Virus record (IMG/VR): IMGVR_UViG_3300021961_000021
Length of the DNA: 64,000 nt
Source of the DNA: a virus
Reading direction: 5' to 3' (one strand)
Every line of letters begins with the position of its first letter. The stretch's first letter is position 1. This document shows, piece by piece, positions 48,751 through 57,947 of the stretch. The position numbers and the translations under genes were made by a program. Under the pieces are notes generated by a model that saw only the letters and a program-made list of their open reading frames with translations, did no database searches and was not told where the DNA came from.

Positions 48751-49003
48751 AAACGGAAGGAGGGGGAGTCGAACCCCCAAGGCTGTTACACTCAACTGTT
48801 TTCAAGACAGGTTCCGTCGCCAATCGGATTGCCCTTCCATCTGTATTACCATCGTTCCAATGCCTAACCGCGTTAGCAACAATAGCAATGTTTGTGATCA
48901 GATAGGTAGCAAAGATTACTGTACGAATCAATGCTACTCTATCAGATTCTTGGTCGCAATTACTTGCTTTCTGCCCTAATGCTTTGCACCACAGGTTCCA
49001 CAT
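48743..49003 (-). CDS. small membrane protein whose 3' end reads through tRNA-Ser
   Basis: WCKALGQKAS...D..ALIRT...TN pattern; frame open across the tRNA. Confidence 0.65.
   Translation of the reverse strand: MWNLWCKALGQKASNCDQESDRVALIRTVIFATYLITNIAIVANAVRHWNDGNTDGRAIRLATEPVLKTVECNSLGGSTPPPSVYD
48754..48838 (-). tRNA. trnS: tRNA-Ser(TGA)
   Basis: Cloverleaf with long variable arm, CTTGAAA loop. Confidence 0.92.
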
Positions 49004-49196
49004 TACGTTGTTCTACTTTAATCAAACGTTCGTTAAGATCATAGTGTAAAATGTGGTTTTCTGTCAAGACGTAGTGCCCAATAATCTTGGTTCCATCGTC
49101 GTCCCACCCATAAGCGAGGATGTGTTCGTTAACATCATCGTGCTTCAAGTAATCATTATTTAGATAGTGGTTGTAACGTTGATGGAGATTAAGCAT
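48960..49196 (-). CDS. hypothetical protein
   Basis: ORF track. Confidence 0.65.
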   Translation of the reverse strand: MLNLHQRYNHYLNNDYLKHDDVNEHILAYGWDDDGTKIIGHYVLTENHILHYDLNERLIKVEQRNVEPVVQSIRAESK

Positions 49197-49410
49197 TTAC
49201 CAGTTCCTCCTGCTTAAGTGCGGTGAGTTGTTCCTGGCATAGTCTAATACATTCGTCTCGGTAAAACATTAAATCATCATAACAGTTTTCGTCGTGGGCA
49301 GTCGTTCTCAATTCAATATCAGGTTTGTACAGACTCTCGATCAGAAGGGTCAATGCCGTCCGTCTCGTCTCGATCTCTAACTGCTTCATCAAGAAGACCC
49401 TCCGTGACAA
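49189..49410 (-). CDS. hypothetical protein; start uncertain
   Basis: ORF track. Confidence 0.6.
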   Translation of the reverse strand: MSRRVFLMKQLEIETRRTALTLLIESLYKPDIELRTTAHDENCYDDLMFYRDECIRLCQEQLTALKQEELVNA

Positions 49411-49606
49411 TTTCGCTCACATTATATAGTGTATCATCGATCCGATTGATCTCACCCAGAACAGATCGATAATATTTCTTAGTCTTTTTAAGATGACGTT
49501 TCATTGCCTGAGGATCCTTTTGATGTTTCCTAAGACCTTGAGTGATACTCTTCAACTCATCGTGGGATTTTTTCAATCGCCTATCCCAATAAGATTCATT
49601 CTTCAT
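49319..49606 (-). CDS. hypothetical coiled-coil protein
   Basis: ORF track; ATGA coupling. Confidence 0.65.
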   Translation of the reverse strand: MKNESYWDRRLKKSHDELKSITQGLRKHQKDPQAMKRHLKKTKKYYRSVLGEINRIDDTLYNVSEIVTEGLLDEAVRDRDETDGIDPSDRESVQT

Positions 49607-52600
49607 TGTGCATCCTTAATAATAATTCGGTAGTCTCTAAACTGTGATGTCTTAGCCCGTGACGCATTACTATACCATATCGTAGAAGTTTTGTCGTGGG
49701 ATTTCTGATAGATTGCCCACTTAGCACTTCTGGTAAGAATGCCCAGGTGGAAGTTCTTAATCTTGATTTTCTTAGGTAGATTTCTATTGTCTGGATAGTA
49801 AGGAGACTCAATGTTTGATCCATTATTGTCAATAACATTTGGATCTGGCCAAGTATATGTGTACTCCTGATCATCAGAATACCCTGTGCCAGCAGATACT
49901 ACACTATCGATTCTCCAGCGAATATTATATCCTGCTTTTGATTCGTTGACACCTTCGACAAGATCGTATGCCTCTTTAATGTACACCGTTCCCTTCATCC
50001 TGACCTTGAAAGCATTACCACCATCGGGAACAATCACATCGTGATAGAAATTAACATCCTCATTGGCACCTAGTTTTCTAGTCAAATACTGAACAAATGT
50101 AACTGGTTCATTGTAAAGATCGGAAATCGAACTTGAGTTATCCTTCAACTTATCAGTGAACAAAACCTCTGCCAGTTCATTAACTGCTGAGTCATAGTAT
50201 GCTCCAGTATTTACAGAGCCGACAAGCATCAGAGCAGGGTCAGGAACACCGAAATTACCTTGCTCAGCATCTTCGGTACTCGCACCGAAACTCATCCCCA
50301 CTACAGCGCCACTGGAGGGGCACTCAGAACCGTTTATGCTATCGATCCTGACGCCAAGGAACCACTTCTTACCATTCGTCTTGTTCTTGCCAAGGAAGAC
50401 TCGTTCAAGTTGATTGGCGCGGAATCCACCATTACCAGTGTCAAGGACTCCGAGAACTTTAAATCTCATACGACCACCACTGATGGACTCATACTGAATG
50501 GATACGGTGAACCCCTTATCTCCACCAACTTCCCTCATCATAATACCAAGACTGTTATCGCTAGTCTTCTTACTGCCATCAACGTATGTCGGTCTCGGAT
50601 CAACTATCAGATAATTATTAGTGACACTACCGTTCCAAGCAACCGTACTGTTTGAAGAGTTATCAAGATCATACAAACTAATTTGTCCTGGGATGCCACA
50701 CTTAGCAACAGCAGCAGAACTGACATACCCAGCCTCAATCTCTTCCAGGGTCTGTGAAGTAGTAGTTATATTAACCGTCCAATTCATTTCAATCGATTGA
50801 GAATCTTCATTCCAAATAGCCCAGGCTGGGGAGCAAGTTCCATTGTAATGCCCATTATCGACACTTACAATTTGGAATGTTATATCATCGCCTTCAACTA
50901 CACTGAATGAATGTAGAAGATGACCAATCTCTCTCCACTCAGATACTGTCACACTATCAGTAAAGATTTGTGATCCGTTCTTCAATAACTTATAGGTGAA
51001 TTGGGTACATTCCCCAAACCCACCAGTAATACCACCGTGGGATCTCAAGGAGAGATTACCACTCTTAGTGATACCAATCGTTTGGGTGATGTTGTTCTTG
51101 GTACTGTACTCACCATCACAAGCACTACACCCAGAAGCACCACTATCATCCCATTCATCTACGCCACCACATCCGTGACGCATAATGAAAGCATCTTTGA
51201 ATGTGTTAACCGCTACAGAACCATCACATCCATCACTATAGTTCAGATCCCTATAGACAGGAGCCTTAAGTTCTGTGAAAACATAGCACTGCACACCTTC
51301 AAAATACCAATTGCTATTCTCATAACCCAATCTAAATGAGATCTTAACATCATCATAATCATCATCACCAGAGATAAGATCTTCCCACCACTGCCACCAA
51401 GTAGATGTCCAGCGAGTAAATCTTTTATTATTAACGTTCAGTCTCTTCTCACTGAATAACGTATAGTTGGATTCGGCAGATGCAAGATTAGATTTCCAAC
51501 CATTTCCAGTGTCAGTAAACGTTACGGATTGACCCACAGATAGACTGTTCCTTCTATTGCCATCAGGAACAAGAAAAAATCCAAGTCTACAGGGAGCATA
51601 CTGATTGATTATGGATGCGGGAATTGTGTATGACTTTTTTCCAGATGCATCTGTAGCATTCTTGAAAATAACTTCTCCGTATACTGGATTCTTATTGCTA
51701 TCGGTGAGATAATAACCGAAAGTATTTTCGTAACCAGCACTACCTTTCTTGGAATTGAATTTAATTTTCAATCCAGACTCAACTTTATCGGTCAGCCTAT
51801 AGTATCCCTTCTCCAGCACAGGCACTAGAAGAGGTCCACCAATAGGAGACAATGTATATCTGTGATCCTTTCTGTTTGGATTGTAGTAACGATACAATGG
51901 TGCTGCCTGTTCAGCATCAACCAATGCACCAACTGCATCTGAAGATTCATTAAATGCATAGAACATAACCGTGTTTCTGGATCCATAGTTTCCAGCATCC
52001 ATTGTTGCCTTCTCTGCACCAGGCTGAGTTGTCAGGAAGGTATCAGTATCTTGAGCAGAGTATGAGACATACACGGGAACAGAGTTGCGTACCTCTTCAG
52101 TCTCTAATCCATAGAATGCGATTCTTGTATCAGAATATCCAGCGGGAGTTGCTGAGGTAAGGGTATAGGCATAGTCAGTTGAACTAACGTGTTCATAAAT
52201 CGGAATTCTTGGAGCAACACAATTTTCTACACAAATTTTCTTTGTGTATCCAAACTGTTTCTTAGGAACATAGGTATCGCAGTCTGCCTGTGGCGGTTTC
52301 CAAGTTCCACCAGAATACGGTTTAAAGATGCAATCAATATGATCTTTGATGCATTGTTCGTAGTCGTAATTCTTACTGCAATCAACCAGTCCACCATCAG
52401 GACCATTCAAACATAAGTCTCCAGATGTGGGGTCTGCTGGATCTGGATTGGTGAACCTAATTTTTGATGGGGAATTCAGTGGTAAAGGCATACCAACTGA
52501 TTGCATCCAATCAAACAGAAACCCAAGATCAACATCAATTGGACTTACTTTATTTGCAGCAGGGTCTGCTGCAGGCACAAAGTTCCTGATTGATTGCGGT

Positions 52601-52779
52601 GCTTGCGAAGGATAGCACTGCCCAATCAAATTCTCAATGACACTATTGACCGTCTTCTGAGCTGGTTCCCCAGTAGAAGTTTTATTAACTGCTCCACCAC
52701 CAGATGCTACGGGTTCAGCAGCCCCAGTAGGTTCTGATGGATCACAGTTCTGTTCAAACCAACCGTTATCACCCGACAT
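49603..52779 (-). CDS. large modular protein (1058 aa) with DUF4114-like domain; probable virion/receptor-binding
   Basis: AGYENTFGYY...LGFFLVPDG...WEDL..GDDDYDD; PLYRYYNP..DHRYT repeat; Cys-rich N-terminus. Confidence 0.7.
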   Translation of the reverse strand: MSGDNGWFEQNCDPSEPTGAAEPVASGGGAVNKTSTGEPAQKTVNSVIENLIGQCYPSQAPQSIRNFVPAADPAANKVSPIDVDLGFLFDWMQSVGMPLPLNSPSKIRFTNPDPADPTSGDLCLNGPDGGLVDCSKNYDYEQCIKDHIDCIFKPYSGGTWKPPQADCDTYVPKKQFGYTKKICVENCVAPRIPIYEHVSSTDYAYTLTSATPAGYSDTRIAFYGLETEEVRNSVPVYVSYSAQDTDTFLTTQPGAEKATMDAGNYGSRNTVMFYAFNESSDAVGALVDAEQAAPLYRYYNPNRKDHRYTLSPIGGPLLVPVLEKGYYRLTDKVESGLKIKFNSKKGSAGYENTFGYYLTDSNKNPVYGEVIFKNATDASGKKSYTIPASIINQYAPCRLGFFLVPDGNRRNSLSVGQSVTFTDTGNGWKSNLASAESNYTLFSEKRLNVNNKRFTRWTSTWWQWWEDLISGDDDYDDVKISFRLGYENSNWYFEGVQCYVFTELKAPVYRDLNYSDGCDGSVAVNTFKDAFIMRHGCGGVDEWDDSGASGCSACDGEYSTKNNITQTIGITKSGNLSLRSHGGITGGFGECTQFTYKLLKNGSQIFTDSVTVSEWREIGHLLHSFSVVEGDDITFQIVSVDNGHYNGTCSPAWAIWNEDSQSIEMNWTVNITTTSQTLEEIEAGYVSSAAVAKCGIPGQISLYDLDNSSNSTVAWNGSVTNNYLIVDPRPTYVDGSKKTSDNSLGIMMREVGGDKGFTVSIQYESISGGRMRFKVLGVLDTGNGGFRANQLERVFLGKNKTNGKKWFLGVRIDSINGSECPSSGAVVGMSFGASTEDAEQGNFGVPDPALMLVGSVNTGAYYDSAVNELAEVLFTDKLKDNSSSISDLYNEPVTFVQYLTRKLGANEDVNFYHDVIVPDGGNAFKVRMKGTVYIKEAYDLVEGVNESKAGYNIRWRIDSVVSAGTGYSDDQEYTYTWPDPNVIDNNGSNIESPYYPDNRNLPKKIKIKNFHLGILTRSAKWAIYQKSHDKTSTIWYSNASRAKTSQFRDYRIIIKDAQ

Positions 52780-52781
52780 AA

Positions 52782-52961
52782 TTAAATTTCTTCAACGATA
52801 ATTTCATACAGACCTGTAATATTAGATTCATTCAATGCGGTATCTTCATCCACAAATCTTCGTGCTCGTCTTCTATCCTTTGTCCACTTGGGGGAATCGC
52901 CAACTCTATCCTGAAAATAATCCCACCCGCCGACGAGTCCTGCTCTCTTAGCGATGTACAT
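52782..52961 (-). CDS. hypothetical 59-aa protein
   Basis: Manual translation; downstream of CTAAATA at 52983-52989. Confidence 0.6.
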   Translation of the reverse strand: MYIAKRAGLVGGWDYFQDRVGDSPKWTKDRRRARRFVDEDTALNESNITGLYEIIVEEI

Positions 52962-52993
52962 ATACCTGTTATGGAGATACTTTATTTAGATAG

Positions 52994-53022
52994 AAAAAAA
53001 GGACCTTCTTAGAGAAGGTCCT
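52994..53022 (-). terminator. intrinsic terminator
   Basis: AGGACCTTCT/AGAAGGTCCT stem followed by T7. Confidence 0.85.
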
Positions 53023-53326
53023 CAGAAAGTTTTTCAAGTTCTTCAAGAGTCATAGGTTTAGTTTCAACTCTACCGTTCAGAACATCATCAGCAAGTTGTG
53101 TCAGATACTCCAGGAATTCTTTAGGAAGAGTTTCGTCTTCACCAAGGGACTGCCAGAACCAAGATAGACATTCTTCATACGGATCGTCATACCACATCAA
53201 AGCATAGTCTTTGTAGTTGCCAGTCATTAGATCACACCAGTTTCTGAATGATCCTCGGATAGACTGCCAACCAGTCATCCAACAATGCCCAAAGTAATAC
53301 TCAACCCAGGTCAGTTTCTTCTGCAT
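53009..53326 (-). CDS. hypothetical protein
   Basis: ORF track. Confidence 0.7.
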   Translation of the reverse strand: MQKKLTWVEYYFGHCWMTGWQSIRGSFRNWCDLMTGNYKDYALMWYDDPYEECLSWFWQSLGEDETLPKEFLEYLTQLADDVLNGRVETKPMTLEELEKLSEDLL

Positions 53327-53591
53327 CTTGTAGATAGTTATAGTTCCAGGTGTGGGCGATTAAATCAAAGGACAACGAGAAACGATGGACTGCTAACAAC
53401 ATTCCCAGTAAACCGTTGCTCCCTGCAGTCAACTGAATGTATGGCCAACTAGCATAGTCATCAAAAGAAACTGCGATTTGAAAAACAGATTTATCTTTTA
53501 GTGGACGTGGGTAATGTTTACCGAATTGAATAAGTTGCAGGTAGTATTCGGTCCCGAAATCTTTTCGGCAATTGAAGTTAATTAGATTCAT
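53301..53591 (-). CDS. hypothetical protein
   Basis: ORF track. Confidence 0.7.
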   Translation of the reverse strand: MNLINFNCRKDFGTEYYLQLIQFGKHYPRPLKDKSVFQIAVSFDDYASWPYIQLTAGSNGLLGMLLAVHRFSLSFDLIAHTWNYNYLQDAEETDLG

Positions 53592-54123
53592 CGGAGTTCA
53601 CAGCAGGTTTGTTACGATCTTTGTCCCAATAATAATTGGAATGTTCAGCATCTAATTTAGCACGTTTGTCGTAGTATTCAGACTCACGCAGATTGTACTC
53701 ACGGCACTGGTCTTTGTCATCTAGAGCACAATCATCTTCCAATGCTGTTCCCATCGGACCTTTCTTGAGTTTTGCCCATTCTTCTTCTGCTTTCTTCCAG
53801 TCCTCAAACTTACTACGGAGGTCTTCATCCATAGTCAGTTCATACTCAGCACATACCTTACGCTGATCTTCTTCTTTAGTCCAATCATTGAAGACAAGGG
53901 ACATTGCACCTGATCTGATAGATTCGGGTGCCATACCCACACACAGCATAAACTTCTCAAACAGTTTGAAATACTGTTTGGCATTCAGGTCTGCCGCTGG
54001 AGCAGTGATTACATAATGCTCTTCGGGGAGCATATCATCGTCAACAGTAGATCCAAACCCACCAGTATAAGTGCGGGTCCAGGTAGCATCAAATTTGAAT
54101 TGAACTTCAGCAGTGTAGGTCAT
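53578..54123 (-). CDS. hypothetical protein
   Basis: ORF track. Confidence 0.75.
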   Translation of the reverse strand: MTYTAEVQFKFDATWTRTYTGGFGSTVDDDMLPEEHYVITAPAADLNAKQYFKLFEKFMLCVGMAPESIRSGAMSLVFNDWTKEEDQRKVCAEYELTMDEDLRSKFEDWKKAEEEWAKLKKGPMGTALEDDCALDDKDQCREYNLRESEYYDKRAKLDAEHSNYYWDKDRNKPAVNSDESN

Positions 54124-54359
54124 TTAGGGCAGTGCAGGAAATACTTGTATTCAGCGAGAGCACCGTAGTGCCATTGAATTATATCACAGTCTTTGTAGGT
54201 GCCAACCACCTTGGTGGACTGTTCTTCATCTGTCACAGTCTTAGTGCCCGACATCGAGATAATGATGAGACAAAAAACAATAAAAACAATAAAAAACATA
54301 CTAGCACCAGCAACTCCACGCAGAAATTCTTTCAGAAATTCTTTATCAGATTCATTCAT
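54120..54359 (-). CDS. hypothetical single-pass membrane protein
   Basis: Hydrophobic helix MFFIVFIVFCLIII. Confidence 0.7.
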   Translation of the reverse strand: MNESDKEFLKEFLRGVAGASMFFIVFIVFCLIIISMSGTKTVTDEEQSTKVVGTYKDCDIIQWHYGALAEYKYFLHCPK

Positions 54360-54576
54360 TTGCTAATTGCTCCATACCTTTGTCATTCTCTTGATAGAGT
54401 TTGTCTAGAGCATTGAGTGCTTGTTGTTCATTGAAACTCTCCCTGAATAGTTTCCAACCTTCTTCTAGTTGTTTGTCTGCCCATCCCCAGGCACCGTGCT
54501 CCATACCATCAATCTGGGCAGCATCAATCTCTTGTTTGATGAGATGACGTAGCATATCAATTTGTTCTTCAGTCAT
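54352..54576 (-). CDS. hypothetical protein
   Basis: ORF track; ATGA coupling at 54573-54576. Confidence 0.65.
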   Translation of the reverse strand: MTEEQIDMLRHLIKQEIDAAQIDGMEHGAWGWADKQLEEGWKLFRESFNEQQALNALDKLYQENDKGMEQLANE

Positions 54577-54788
54577 TTGAGTTTTGCCCATTCAGTAATG
54601 TTTGGATCATTACCCTCGTAAGAGTAATTCACATACAGATTATCACCACCGATATTCATATGATACATCTTACCATCATTCATATAGATGCCAATCCATA
54701 CAGCACGTCCTTCTTCCATCGTTTCGTAGTGTACCATCCTCACATCTTCAAGGACGATTTCATCAGGGTTCTTCACAAAGTGGCTCAT
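54573..54788 (-). CDS. hypothetical protein
   Basis: ORF track. Confidence 0.7.
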   Translation of the reverse strand: MSHFVKNPDEIVLEDVRMVHYETMEEGRAVWIGIYMNDGKMYHMNIGGDNLYVNYSYEGNDPNITEWAKLK

Positions 54789-54934
54789 TTACGTTTGATA
54801 ACAGAGATTACTTTTTGGTCTGGATACTGAGACTGTACTACCTGCAGAGCATCCTCATAGTCGATTGCATCTGAAACTAAATGATAATTCACACAATACT
54901 CTTCATTATCCCAGGTTTGAACTTCATAGGGCAT
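54785..54934 (-). CDS. hypothetical 49-aa protein
   Basis: Manual translation MPYEVQTWDNEEY...; fills the gap. Confidence 0.6.
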   Translation of the reverse strand: MPYEVQTWDNEEYCVNYHLVSDAIDYEDALQVVQSQYPDQKVISVIKRK

Positions 54935-54935
54935 A

Positions 54936-55127
54936 TCAATCGTCAGTAAGATGGTCGGCACACATCAGTGTATCACATACGGGACAAGATTCTTCCTTCA
55001 ATTTAAGCAATACATCACGGATGTACGTTGTAGATTCAAGAAATTCTTTTGCATTTTGTCCACCCAATCGAACAAAATACAATTCTTCAATTGCTTGATT
55101 AATCATTTCGTCTCTCGTTTGTTCCAT
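54936..55127 (-). CDS. hypothetical protein
   Basis: ORF track. Confidence 0.6.
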   Translation of the reverse strand: MEQTRDEMINQAIEELYFVRLGGQNAKEFLESTTYIRDVLLKLKEESCPVCDTLMCADHLTDD

Positions 55128-55179
55128 AAGAATGGGGGGTCATTGGGACCCCCCTAGTTTAACAGATTTTAGTCACCTG

Positions 55180-55401
55180 TCAATCGCTGAGCAGACTTCG
55201 GCAAACCCTCTTACAGGTCTGCTGATCATCATCACATTCGATGAGGCAGTTAAAGTAATCGTTAATCAACTCAAGTTCATCAGTGCATCGGTCGATAGTT
55301 TCCTCAAAGTGATTCCATTCCGCTAACTGATTATAAGAAACAAGGTTGTGCATAATGTCCTCCACAGAAATGTATTGCCCATAATGTAGTTGGGTTTTCA
55401 T
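55180..55401 (-). CDS. hypothetical protein with C-x3-C...C-x3-C motif
   Basis: YFNCLIECDDDQQTCKRVC; strong SD upstream. Confidence 0.7.
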   Translation of the reverse strand: MKTQLHYGQYISVEDIMHNLVSYNQLAEWNHFEETIDRCTDELELINDYFNCLIECDDDQQTCKRVCRSLLSD

Positions 55402-55496
55402 CTCACCTTTCCTACCTCCATATTCTACCAATATCTAGTCTCACTTGATACAAATACTACACAAAAATTTATGCCTACGAGTTTATACTTAGACAC

Positions 55497-55520
55497 AAAA
55501 AAAGGACCCCGTAGGGTCCT
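55497..55520 (-). terminator. intrinsic terminator after psbA
   Basis: AGGACCC-TACG-GGGTCCT plus T7. Confidence 0.9.
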
Positions 55521-55544
55521 AGTTGGATTCTTAGATTCCTAATA

Positions 55545-56624
55545 TCAACCGATGGAAGGAGCAGTCAGAGCAACAGGAGTTGCTTCAACGCTTGCCAGGT
55601 CCAGAGGGAAGTTGTGAGCGTTACGCTCGTGCATCACTTCCATACCGAGACCAGCACGGTTCAGGATGTCTGCCCAGGTGTTGATCACACGACCTTGACT
55701 ATCTTGAATGGACTGGTTGAAGTTGAAACCGTTGAGGTTGAATGCCATTGTGCTAACGCCCAGGGCAGTAAACCAGATACCGACAACAGGCCAAGCAGCA
55801 AGGAAAAAGTGTAGCGAACGAGAGTTGTTGAACGAAGCATATTGGAAGATAAGACGACCGAAATAACCGTGAGCGGCTACAATGTTGTAGGTCTCTTCTT
55901 CTTGTCCGAACTTATAACCGTAGTTCTGTGACTCGTTTTCGGTTGTTTCGCGGACAAGGGAAGACGTAACCAGACTTCCGTGCATAGCACTAAAGAGACT
56001 GCCACCAAATACCCCAGCCACGCCAAGCATATGGAACGGATGCATAAGAATATTGTGTTCTGCTTGGAAGACGAGCATATAGTTAAACGTGCCCGAGATT
56101 CCAAGAGGCATTGCATCGGAGAAGGAACCTTGACCGAAGGGATAAACCAGGAACACAGCAGATGCAGCAGCCACGGGAGCAGAATAAGCAACGCAAATCC
56201 AAGGACGCATCCCCAGACGATAAGAGAGTTCCCATTCACGACCCATATAAGCATAGATACCAATCAGGAAGTGGAAGACAACGAGTTGGAAAGGACCACC
56301 GTTGTAGAGCCATTCGTCTAGCGATGCTGCTTCCCAGATGGGATAGAGGTGCAGACCGATAGCATTAGAGGAAGGAACAACAGCACCAGAGATGATGTTA
56401 TTGCCCCACATAAGGGAACCAGCGACGGGTTCACGGATGCCGTCGATGTCCACAGGGGGAGCACCAATGAAGGCGATGATGAAACAAGTAGTAGCAGCAA
56501 GGAGACAGGGAATCATCAGGACACCAAACCAACCGACATAGAGACGGTTATCGGTAGAAGTGACCCAATTACAAAACTGATCCCACTGTGACTCTTGCCG
56601 TTGACGAGTAAGAGTAGCAGTCAT
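55545..56624 (-). CDS. psbA: photosystem II D1 protein (E130, high-light type)
   Basis: Full D1 with Y161, D170, E189, H190, H198, H215, H272, H332, E333, D342, A344. Confidence 0.99.
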   Translation of the reverse strand: MTATLTRQRQESQWDQFCNWVTSTDNRLYVGWFGVLMIPCLLAATTCFIIAFIGAPPVDIDGIREPVAGSLMWGNNIISGAVVPSSNAIGLHLYPIWEAASLDEWLYNGGPFQLVVFHFLIGIYAYMGREWELSYRLGMRPWICVAYSAPVAAASAVFLVYPFGQGSFSDAMPLGISGTFNYMLVFQAEHNILMHPFHMLGVAGVFGGSLFSAMHGSLVTSSLVRETTENESQNYGYKFGQEEETYNIVAAHGYFGRLIFQYASFNNSRSLHFFLAAWPVVGIWFTALGVSTMAFNLNGFNFNQSIQDSQGRVINTWADILNRAGLGMEVMHERNAHNFPLDLASVEATPVALTAPSIG

Positions 56625-56655
56625 AGTTTTATTAGAGCGGGTGTTAACGTTAGTT

Positions 56656-56705
56656 AAGTAAACAAAAAGTAACGAGATGAAACATTTCGTAACCTTTGTT
56701 TACTT
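56656..56705 (-). ncRNA. psbA 5' leader hairpin (PhotoRC-II-like) containing HLR1-like repeats
   Basis: 11-bp perfect inverted repeat AAGTAAACAAA/TTTGTTTACTT; GTTAC repeats at 10-nt period. Confidence 0.6.
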
Positions 56706-56738
56706 ATTTATAATAGTACGGTTTTCACCCACTGTCAA
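56705..56738 (-). promoter_or_regulatory. psbA dual promoter: sigma70 TTGACA-17-TATTAT with overlapping late TATAAATA
   Basis: Motifs and spacing read directly. Confidence 0.85.
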
Positions 56739-56751
56739 GCCCCTAGTCCAC

Positions 56752-56982
56752 TTAATCAACTGGTCCAATGTCGGAGTGCCACTCCAGATAATGCTCCATC
56801 AATTCCTGATCAAACCTTTCATTATCAAATGAGCGATAGATACCCTGCGACAAAATGTAATCTAAAAACTCGTAAGTGTAACTGGTGATACCACCATTAC
56901 AACAAAAAGACCGAAGGAGCCGCAAACGCCACTCCATTCGGTCATCGGTATATCGCCAGTCACTTTGATAGTTACTGTTCAT
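56752..56982 (-). CDS. hypothetical protein
   Basis: ORF track. Confidence 0.65.
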   Translation of the reverse strand: MNSNYQSDWRYTDDRMEWRLRLLRSFCCNGGITSYTYEFLDYILSQGIYRSFDNERFDQELMEHYLEWHSDIGPVD

Positions 56983-57265
56983 TCGGAATCATCCTAATCT
57001 TTCTCGGATTATAGACACAGTTCTCTCCTAGTTCGCACAATTTAATATAATATTCAGCTTTGACCTGGGAGAGATCCATATATTGTTTGAGATCTCTCCA
57101 CTCATTACCTGTCTGAACTTGAAGTCTGTATCGTATCCGTGTCACATTAGGAAACCATCTCAATTGATATTTATGCGACGGATACCTCTTCAAATCTAGA
57201 AAGATAATTGTAAGCGTAGTGTGTACGAGCACCGTGGATACCCCATCCAATCCAAGAATAGGCAT
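56972..57265 (-). CDS. hypothetical protein; true start probably near 57160
   Basis: ORF track; 5' part overlaps the upstream gene. Confidence 0.45.
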   Translation of the reverse strand: MPILGLDGVSTVLVHTTLTIIFLDLKRYPSHKYQLRWFPNVTRIRYRLQVQTGNEWRDLKQYMDLSQVKAEYYIKLCELGENCVYNPRKIRMIPNEQ

Positions 57266-57791
57266 AATTCATATACCTTTCGATGGATTTTCCAGGAACA
57301 CGCATCGCTGATTCAATTCGCTTCCACTGAGTTTCATTAGTTAAGTAACGAAGCTGGGTATGAAGTGATGAAGGATCACCACCATAACGGTTAGCGAAAG
57401 AACCAAGACCAATGTACCTGTTAGTTGAGGTCCATTGAATCAAACCATAACCACCATATCTACAAGCATTATACGAGACTCTACTACCACCCTCACAAAT
57501 GTTTGCGTGGAAGTTAGACTCCTGTTTAATGTTGCCCATAATGGCAGCCAACGAGTTTCGATCTCGGATCCCAACTTCTTGGAAATACGCGAGAGCGAGA
57601 CTTTCATTGTGGTTACACCCTTTACAAATTAGTCTTGTCTCTTTGGGTTCTGGAGCAACCTCTCTGGTCGCTGTCTTCTCAGGTACTGATGGAGGTGGAC
57701 CATCCATTTTGTAATTAGAGAATGGCAGTGTTGCCGTACTGGTTGTAACCGTTACCGCAAGGGGCAGGGCTACTGAAAGGAATTGTTGCAC
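57171..57791 (-). CDS. exported lysozyme-like protein (phage tail-tip lysozyme family)
   Basis: Signal-like N-terminus; AAIMGNIKQESNF...GYGLIQWT. Confidence 0.8.
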   Translation of the reverse strand: MQQFLSVALPLAVTVTTSTATLPFSNYKMDGPPPSVPEKTATREVAPEPKETRLICKGCNHNESLALAYFQEVGIRDRNSLAAIMGNIKQESNFHANICEGGSRVSYNACRYGGYGLIQWTSTNRYIGLGSFANRYGGDPSSLHTQLRYLTNETQWKRIESAMRVPGKSIERYMNYAYSWIGWGIHGARTHYAYNYLSRFEEVSVA

Positions 57792-57800
57792 TAAAAATAA

Positions 57801-57916
57801 TAGAACTCTACATCCGAATAGAAGGGGGGTACACCTAACCTCTCAGCAGGCACCTTCCTCGGCTCTAAATCAAATCACATTCTCATAGTAAAAACCCGCC
57901 ACATTGTGACGGGTTT
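57801..57916 (-). ncRNA. candidate structured 5' leader: terminator-like hairpin plus nested multi-stem
   Basis: AAACCCGTCAC/GTGGCGGGTTT; TAGAGC/GTTCTA; CCGAG-GAAGG/CCTTC-TTCGG; GAGA-capped hairpin. Confidence 0.5.
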
Positions 57917-57918
57917 AC

Positions 57919-57947
57919 ATAGTATCAATTATTTAGGTGTTTGTCAA
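57919..57947 (-). promoter_or_regulatory. sigma70-like promoter TTGACA-17-TACTAT with nested CTAAATA
   Basis: Motifs and spacing read directly. Confidence 0.75.

Noticed and set aside
55135-55155. GGGGGGTC/GACCCCCC inverted repeat
   Set aside because: No adjacent U-tract on either strand and no promoter match; function cannot be supported
55614-56591. Alternative-frame and antisense ORFs inside psbA
   Set aside because: Typical shadows of a conserved CDS; no independent signals
44763-56624. Introns or inteins in thyX, rnh or psbA
   Set aside because: All three are continuous, normal-length ORFs
57830-57856. GGTGCCTGCTGAGAGG...TACCC looks like half of a TPP riboswitch
   Set aside because: The pyrophosphate-binding half (GAACCTGAT...GCGTAGGGAA) is absent and the downstream gene is unrelated to thiamine
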